This document shows positions 58,436 to 64,000 of a stretch of DNA of 64,000 nucleotides, one piece after another. Numbering within the stretch: the stretch's first letter is position 1; every line of letters starts with the position of its first letter. The stretch covers positions 128 through 64,127 of the forward strand of contig JAZPZY010000046.1 in the NCBI GenBank assembly GCA_045544955.1, in the 5' to 3' direction. The notes beneath the pieces were generated by a model, which was not told where the DNA came from, ran no database searches, and saw only the letters and a list, made by a program, of their open reading frames with translations. This stretch comes from Eubacteriales bacterium (GTDB lineage Bacteria > Bacillota > Clostridia > Oscillospirales > CAG-272). A program made the translations under genes and the position numbers.

Positions 58436-58837
58436 GAGCAGGGAAATGAGTATGAAGCGACCTATCCCAAGCGGGCAAAAGGTCTTGTGAAAAACGGCAG
58501 GGCACGCTTCATTAATGAAAATACAATTTGCCTTGCGTGCCCTCCGGATACAAATTTGGAGGATAAACAAATGGAAACTAATAGATTAACATCGAGAGAA
58601 ATATTTGCACAACTCACCATACTGCAAAAACAACTAACCGAAAACAGCCAAACCTCGTTGCACCGTTTAGGTGATGCGCTCTCTTCTCTTGAAGGCGAGG
58701 AGAACGACGCCAAGTACGAACAAGTTGCCGAAATTTGCGATGTTTTCAAAACGAGAGAGCTAACACTTTTCAAATTGCTAGAAATGTACGAAAAAATGTA
58801 CGATGATATTCAGCATCGCGAAAATACAAAAACCTAA
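58409..58837 (+). CDS. Hypothetical protein: PLMP/RRXRR-like N-terminal domain plus helical C-terminal domain; probable ATC start and internal ATG start at 58571
   Basis: GGGGGAG-6 nt-ATC in frame; the ORF-track GTG at 58427 has no SD; internal GGAGG-8 nt-ATG. Confidence 0.7.
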   Translation: MEKNIIVIDEQGNEYEATYPKRAKGLVKNGRARFINENTICLACPPDTNLEDKQMETNRLTSREIFAQLTILQKQLTENSQTSLHRLGDALSSLEGEENDAKYEQVAEICDVFKTRELTLFKLLEMYEKMYDDIQHRENTKT

Positions 58838-58896
58838 TCCGTACAAGATACATTCTAAGAACTGTTGCCTGATGCCAACACACGCCTAAAGAAACC

Positions 58897-58925
58897 GAGC
58901 TCGTATGGAAAATCCATACGGGCTC
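58897..58925. terminator. 13-bp hairpin after the hypothetical gene (terminator or 5' stabiliser of the next mRNA)
   Basis: GAGCTCGTATGGA-AAA-TCCATACGGGCTC; no good U tract on the plus strand. Confidence 0.45.
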
Positions 58926-58956
58926 ACTCTATATATCGCACAACCTGGAGGATATT

Positions 58957-59994
58957 ATGGACTTCACAAGACTTAACAAACAGATCGACGATTACTGCGA
59001 AAAGGAATGCATCATGGGCGTTCTCCGCGTGACGGTGCATGATCAAATCATTTATAAAAGAGAATTCGGTGTCGCCGACATCGAAACGGGTGAGAGATTC
59101 TCCGATACGTCTGCATTCACGTTTTATTCAATCTCCAAACCGCTCTGCATGCTCGGAATCATGAAACTGGTCGATGCCGGGCTTGTGGATCTCGACGTGC
59201 ATCCATCAGTATATTTGCCGGAGGCGAAATGGTTTGACAAGCGAATTACGCTTCGCATGATGTTTCACCACACAAGCGGCTTGCCGGAACTGCGGGAGAT
59301 TCCCGATTTTCTTGCAAAGACGGCCGGGGAACCGTATTCACTGGCGGCACGCAAGGGAATTTCCATGCTGGCAGACTATCCAATGCATTTTGAGCCGGGC
59401 ACACGTGGGGAGTACGCCAACGTAAACATCATGACGGCGGCACTGATTATTGAAAACGTTACCGGAATTCCTTATGCAAAATATATGGAAAAGGAAGTTT
59501 TCACACCGCTGAAAATGGAGCGTACCGTGGTGGATGATCCTGTTATGTTCATTCCCAACCGAGTAAGCGGCCATAATCTGGATAGCGGAAAACTTGTAAA
59601 GGTGCCTAAATCCTACGGCAGTATGTTCGGTGCCGGCGATATTGTCGGCACGGCAGACGATCTTTACCGCTTGAACCATGCGATCAAGTACAAACTCCTT
59701 ATCAGCGAAGACGCCTGGAACGCCGTCCTCACGCCTTCGCCGCTTAGTAAGATGGGACTCGGATGCACAATCACGCAGTGGCACGGTAAGCATCGCATTA
59801 CCCATAACGGTGGTGCTTCCGGATTCCGGACGCTGCACGTACAACTGCCAGACGATGACTTTGACGTAATTTTTCTGTCAAACAGCGGCTTTGGCAACGC
59901 ACGCAACGATATCCTTGAAATGATTCACGATGCATGTTACGGGAGCGATCAACCGCTGGGCGATACCTTTGAGATGGATAAAGGATATATTTAA
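58957..59994 (+). CDS. Serine hydrolase, beta-lactamase/class C-like family (cytoplasmic)
   Basis: SISK (SxxK), HTSGL, YAN (YxN), HNGG; no signal peptide. Confidence 0.88.
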   Translation: MDFTRLNKQIDDYCEKECIMGVLRVTVHDQIIYKREFGVADIETGERFSDTSAFTFYSISKPLCMLGIMKLVDAGLVDLDVHPSVYLPEAKWFDKRITLRMMFHHTSGLPELREIPDFLAKTAGEPYSLAARKGISMLADYPMHFEPGTRGEYANVNIMTAALIIENVTGIPYAKYMEKEVFTPLKMERTVVDDPVMFIPNRVSGHNLDSGKLVKVPKSYGSMFGAGDIVGTADDLYRLNHAIKYKLLISEDAWNAVLTPSPLSKMGLGCTITQWHGKHRITHNGGASGFRTLHVQLPDDDFDVIFLSNSGFGNARNDILEMIHDACYGSDQPLGDTFEMDKGYI

Positions 59995-60002
59995 TTTTTG
60001 CG

Positions 60003-60039
60003 AAAAAGAACCGGCTTTCATAGGAAAGCCGGTTCTTTT
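60003..60039. terminator. Bidirectional intrinsic terminator
   Basis: AAAAAGAACCGGCTTTC-ATAG-GAAAGCCGGTTCTTTT; a second GC hairpin lies at about 60050-60073. Confidence 0.85.
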
Positions 60040-60089
60040 CAATCTCGAAGCAGGGCGGATCTAACCGCCCTGCGATGGAGTGCCTTAAT

Positions 60090-60650
60090 TTAAAGCAGTT
60101 CCTTTTTTGTAACCTTTTTATACACAAATTTTACGACCCATACACCGAGAAAAGCAAACAGGATACCAAGCAGTGCACCTGCAAGCACGTCAGTGGGGTA
60201 ATGCACGTACAGATACAGGCGTGAAAGCGCAACCAGGATGGCAGCAATCATGGCAGGGATACCAAGGCGTTTGTCACGGATCAAAAGCACGGTAGCACCT
60301 TCCAGGGAAGCAAGCGTATGGCCGGAAGGGAAGGAGTAATCCGACAGTCGTTCTACCAACAGCGGAATCTCGCGGAGTGTATTGAAATCGTAGGGGCGAA
60401 TTCTGCCCACAAGCGGTTTCAACGTCATGTTTCCCACAAGAAAACCAAACAGAAGTGCGGCCCCCATCATAGCACCGGTAGCACGCGTTTTTTTGAACAG
60501 AAGCAAAACCGCCGCAAGAAGGATCCAAAACAGGCCGTGATCACCGAGTTTAGTTATAAGAGGGAAGAACCAATCTAAAAATGCACACTGGAACGTATCC
60601 TGGATCCAGTCCAGAATACTGATTTCCATTTTGGTTAATTGCTCAAACAT
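60090..60650 (-). CDS. PAP2-family membrane phosphatase (undecaprenyl-PP phosphatase-like)
   Basis: K....R.RP, SFPSGH, SRLYLYVHYPTD. Confidence 0.9.
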   Translation of the reverse strand: MFEQLTKMEISILDWIQDTFQCAFLDWFFPLITKLGDHGLFWILLAAVLLLFKKTRATGAMMGAALLFGFLVGNMTLKPLVGRIRPYDFNTLREIPLLVERLSDYSFPSGHTLASLEGATVLLIRDKRLGIPAMIAAILVALSRLYLYVHYPTDVLAGALLGILFAFLGVWVVKFVYKKVTKKELL

Positions 60651-60667
60651 ACTGCAATGATGCTCCT

Positions 60668-61753
60668 TTAATGATTATATCTGTTATAGATAAGGAATTT
60701 ATCGTCAACACGACGCAAGAAATAGGTTATGTCTATATAATCCCTGTAATCTTCTGCTGCAGTTCGTTTTAGAACATGGGTAAAGGCAATACGGCAGGAG
60801 AAGGTATTCTCGTCGTACTCATAGAACTCTGAAACGCGAACGTTTTCAAAATCATAGGAATTGTGCTTGATAACGAAATACGTCTCAGAAGTACGAAGAT
60901 TGCCGTATAGTTCACTTTGCGGATCCAGATAGACGGCCGGCGTGCGGAACATGGCATCATTCTGCATGTACATGGAGATCGCCTTCGCGGCTTCGATAAC
61001 GTATTCTCTGTGTTCTGCGGCGAGAGATTCGCTGTAAAGCACGTCTGCGTGCAGAGCGCCGTTATCAAGTGAGGTCAAGGGACATTCACGGCCGTCCGGG
61101 GCCTTTACTGAAACGTTGTCCGGCGGAAGATACAAACCGTCCGCTCTATATTCAACGTATACGATGCCCTCAACGCCCGCAGGCATGAAATCACAGGATT
61201 TGTCTTTCGTTTCCGTTCCGGTGAGCAGGGAATCATCCAGTTCAACACCGTTCACAAGAACGGTGTACCCGCGCGGCACGGTTACGGAAACGGATTCAAC
61301 AGGGGAGCAGTACAGTTCAAAATCCGTCACCTCGTAGAGAGTGAATCCTTTTTCTGTTTTTCGCTCCGATTCGTTCAGCGTAAATGAGGAAAACTTGATC
61401 CCATCCGCTTTAACTATATATCGGATCGATGTGTCAAGTCCGGTGGTAATGGCGGAAAAAGAGACGGATTTGCCTTCAGTGAAGGAGGAAAGGTAACGGC
61501 ATAGAGCGTCCTTGGTTTCATAGGGAGAAAGGGGAACGTCACATTTGCTTACTAATTCGGAAAAATCGCCGGAAGCATAATACTTTTCAAAAATGCGCTC
61601 TGCCTCATACTGCGGACGGGCTGACTCATAATCAGCAAGATAGGTTTGCGCGATGCCGATCCCTATATGGACAGCAATCACCGCAAGAATAATGCAAATG
61701 AAGTATACCGCGTAAAATATGGGGATACGTTTCTTGTGCTTCATCATTATCAT
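60668..61753 (-). CDS. Hypothetical membrane-anchored extracellular protein
   Basis: 361-aa ORF with N-terminal TM, overlapping the upstream stop; inside an apparent operon. Confidence 0.7.
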   Translation of the reverse strand: MIMMKHKKRIPIFYAVYFICIILAVIAVHIGIGIAQTYLADYESARPQYEAERIFEKYYASGDFSELVSKCDVPLSPYETKDALCRYLSSFTEGKSVSFSAITTGLDTSIRYIVKADGIKFSSFTLNESERKTEKGFTLYEVTDFELYCSPVESVSVTVPRGYTVLVNGVELDDSLLTGTETKDKSCDFMPAGVEGIVYVEYRADGLYLPPDNVSVKAPDGRECPLTSLDNGALHADVLYSESLAAEHREYVIEAAKAISMYMQNDAMFRTPAVYLDPQSELYGNLRTSETYFVIKHNSYDFENVRVSEFYEYDENTFSCRIAFTHVLKRTAAEDYRDYIDITYFLRRVDDKFLIYNRYNH

Positions 61754-63045
61754 CCCTCCAACCCAACCGGTTCGGGGGTTACCATAAAGAACGTTGGCAT
61801 CCGCCGCGGTGTCGTAAAAGCTTTATATTTGTTCACAAGCCCTTTTAACTGATACTGGTCAAGAAGGGAAACGTCCATGTCATATTTGGTGTAGTAATCT
61901 TCATAGTACATCAAAGCAGAGGATCCGCCGTCAAGCATGCCTGCGGTGATAGCACCGTACGACACCATAATGTCGATAACGTCGTTATGCGTTGCGCCCA
62001 GACTGCTGGCGGAACGCCCATCCGTTACAAGAAGAATGACCGCCCCGTCGGCACGCTGTCCGATAGCCGTGCGCTGTGCCGTACCCGTGTTGCTGTCTGC
62101 GTAATGCAAATGCACGTTATCACCGTCGTGGTTGATCAGCACGTTGCCCGTTTGAAATGAAACGGCATCACGGATAAAGAGTTTGTCCGCACGCTCCTGT
62201 GTCATTCCTTCCGAAACCACGAGGTTATTGTCTTTATCAAATCCGATAAAAGTTTTCCAGGTATAATTGTCTTTCCATACGCACGCTCCTTTGGAATAGG
62301 TCAATCCAATAGGCGTATCTCCCGTACCCGTTCCACCAATATCGGAAAACTCACCGGCGTTGATTCCTGCGACAGCACCCTCTCGCGCTGCCACATCAAA
62401 AATCCGGGCGCCTGCCTGCCCGCTTTTGTAGTCGCTCGAGGTTCCGACGAACAAACGGGACGGATCACGGACGATCAACACGTACGCTTTATAGGTTGAA
62501 CCGCTGATCGTTTCAAATAACATGCCGTCCTGCGCATTTGCCCACTCGTCGATAGACTCTGTACCGTCTTCTTCCGCACCGGACTGCTTCTGTGCAGAGG
62601 AATAATCCGCCAGCGACATCACGTCTGTACTGATCACCTTACTGTCTGCAAGAATTTGCTCCACGGTTGCATCATCCAGAAAGAGACCTGGAACCCATTT
62701 GGTGGCACTGGCCTGCAGCGCAGATAAAACGAGAAGATTCCGCACCGTAGGACTGGGGCCGTTGGCAACCGCACCACAGAGTGCAAATAACGCGTACACA
62801 AGCAAAATGACGACGGTAACACAAACGAGAGCAGTGCGACGCAGCACGCAACCGATTGTCAATCCCTTGCGTCTTTTTTCTTTAGCATGAGATGGGGTCG
62901 CTTTCACTTTTTTACGGGGAGCTTTATCCTCAACAAAGTATTCATTGGTGTGTTCTGTGACAGGGATTCTTCTTTTTCCCTTGGGAGTTTTATATACGTC
63001 CGGCACGTAAGTGCCGGAGGCTGAAAAAGCTTTCTTTGGATTCAA
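61750..63045 (-). CDS. Phosphodiester glycosidase family (NAGPA/DUF2233) membrane-anchored protein
   Basis: AGINAG.F, QRTAIGQRADG...LLVTDGR, LDGGSS. Confidence 0.88.
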   Translation of the reverse strand: MNPKKAFSASGTYVPDVYKTPKGKRRIPVTEHTNEYFVEDKAPRKKVKATPSHAKEKRRKGLTIGCVLRRTALVCVTVVILLVYALFALCGAVANGPSPTVRNLLVLSALQASATKWVPGLFLDDATVEQILADSKVISTDVMSLADYSSAQKQSGAEEDGTESIDEWANAQDGMLFETISGSTYKAYVLIVRDPSRLFVGTSSDYKSGQAGARIFDVAAREGAVAGINAGEFSDIGGTGTGDTPIGLTYSKGACVWKDNYTWKTFIGFDKDNNLVVSEGMTQERADKLFIRDAVSFQTGNVLINHDGDNVHLHYADSNTGTAQRTAIGQRADGAVILLVTDGRSASSLGATHNDVIDIMVSYGAITAGMLDGGSSALMYYEDYYTKYDMDVSLLDQYQLKGLVNKYKAFTTPRRMPTFFMVTPEPVGLEG

Positions 63046-63081
63046 ATCAAAATACCTTCTATTATTTTAAATTTCTGATGT

Positions 63082-64000
63082 TTATGCTGAGTATTTTTGA
63101 GAATTGTCAGCAAATACCCATTCACGCTGCACACGGAAGCTGAGCAAAAACAGCACAGTGTCCACAGCCAATTTCACGATAGTTTTCACAAGAGCGTATT
63201 CGCCACCAACCATGTTAAAGATAAAGGAAAACAGGCCTATCGTCCCCGAAGAGGCAAGCATAATTACAATAGCCAACACATAATACCGAACTAAAGAGGT
63301 TTTTGATGGAGCACGGCTCTTGAATACTGCCTTCTTATTCAGCGAATAGTTTACGGCTGAGGAAACAACACGAGCCGTAACGCCGTATAGCACGTCCGAC
63401 CAGGCACCAAACGCCAGGAATGACAACCTTGCCAGCAAATAATACACACCCTGATCCACAAGCGCCGAAATAGCAGAACAGGAGATAAACTTCAGAATTA
63501 AACCGTAAATCCGTATAGAATCACGGATGGGGCGGAAATGTGACGTTTTGTTCTCCTCGATGTAAACGGTATGTATTTTCTCTTCCCGGTAGGGAATCGA
63601 AAGCGAACTCATCATGAGAAGCATGTTGGTTTCATACTCATAGCGGTCCCCGTCCACGGACAGCATATCCGGTAAAAATCTTGCCGGGATGGCGCGAAGG
63701 CCGGTTTGTGTATCCGAAATGCGCAGACCGCAGAATAAACGAAACACGAGGGAAGTGGTCCTATTTCCGAAACGGCTACGCGGCGGAACGTGCGGTTCGG
63801 AAAAATCACGCACGCCCAAAATCAGCGCATCGGTTTCAATCATAGCCTCGGCACAGCGCATCACGTCCTCGGCAATATGCTGGCCGTCTCCATCTACCGT
63901 GATCACGCCTTCTGTTTTGCGATTTTCGTTTAGAAAATACTGAAACGCTGTTTTCAGCGCCGCACCTTTTCCGCGGTTTACTTCATGGGTAAGCAAAGTG
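63082..64000 (-). CDS. GT2 polyprenyl-phosphate glycosyltransferase fused to a GtrA flippase domain (5' end outside the window)
   Basis: NRGKGAALK, TVDGDGQH, DTQTGLR, RYEYE, SHFRP.RDS; C-terminal 4-TM GtrA pattern (ARVVSS.VNY.LNK..VF; QREWVF). Confidence 0.9.
   Translation of the reverse strand, partial: TLLTHEVNRGKGAALKTAFQYFLNENRKTEGVITVDGDGQHIAEDVMRCAEAMIETDALILGVRDFSEPHVPPRSRFGNRTTSLVFRLFCGLRISDTQTGLRAIPARFLPDMLSVDGDRYEYETNMLLMMSSLSIPYREEKIHTVYIEENKTSHFRPIRDSIRIYGLILKFISCSAISALVDQGVYYLLARLSFLAFGAWSDVLYGVTARVVSSAVNYSLNKKAVFKSRAPSKTSLVRYYVLAIVIMLASSGTIGLFSFIFNMVGGEYALVKTIVKLAVDTVLFLLSFRVQREWVFADNSQKYSA

Noticed and set aside
58957-59994. Beta-lactam resistance gene
   Set aside because: No signal peptide and only generic serine-hydrolase motifs; more likely a cytoplasmic esterase or peptidase.

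Overview
Chromosomal segment of a spore-forming, moderately GC-rich Clostridia-type Firmicute (Oscillospiraceae-like, inferred from gene content and order). Most of it is housekeeping: nusB-tsaD-like-xseAB-ispA-DUF212-tlyA-nadK-argR-recN-tyrS-HAD-murB-whiA-dnaE, a class A PBP, eno, large SRP RNA-dnaX-ybaB-recR, ruvAB/radC, ruvC and ecfAA'T-truA. It also carries sporulation genes (M23 peptidase, BofC-C, LysM-GH18), a tandem pair of ceramidase-like hydrolases, a ClpE/ClpC-type chaperone, an 11-gene [FeFe]-hydrogenase locus (bifurcating HydABCD plus a group D hydrogenase with kinases and a PHP phosphatase) and a surface-glycosylation cluster at the right edge. I saw no transposase, integrase, CRISPR array, rRNA or tRNA. 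Three observations stand out. (1) A small stand-alone locus at 58297-58925 whose leader is two tandem copies of one structured RNA motif. The second copy contains the Shine-Dalgarno (SD) and an in-frame ATC start for a protein with a PLMP/IF3-N-like N-terminal domain, followed by a second strong internal SD+ATG. (2) An intact 890-aa P-type ATPase in which essentially every catalytic motif is eroded. (3) Four genes whose SD is separated from the start codon by a hairpin. All assignments are by eye from motifs and gene order; no searches were run.
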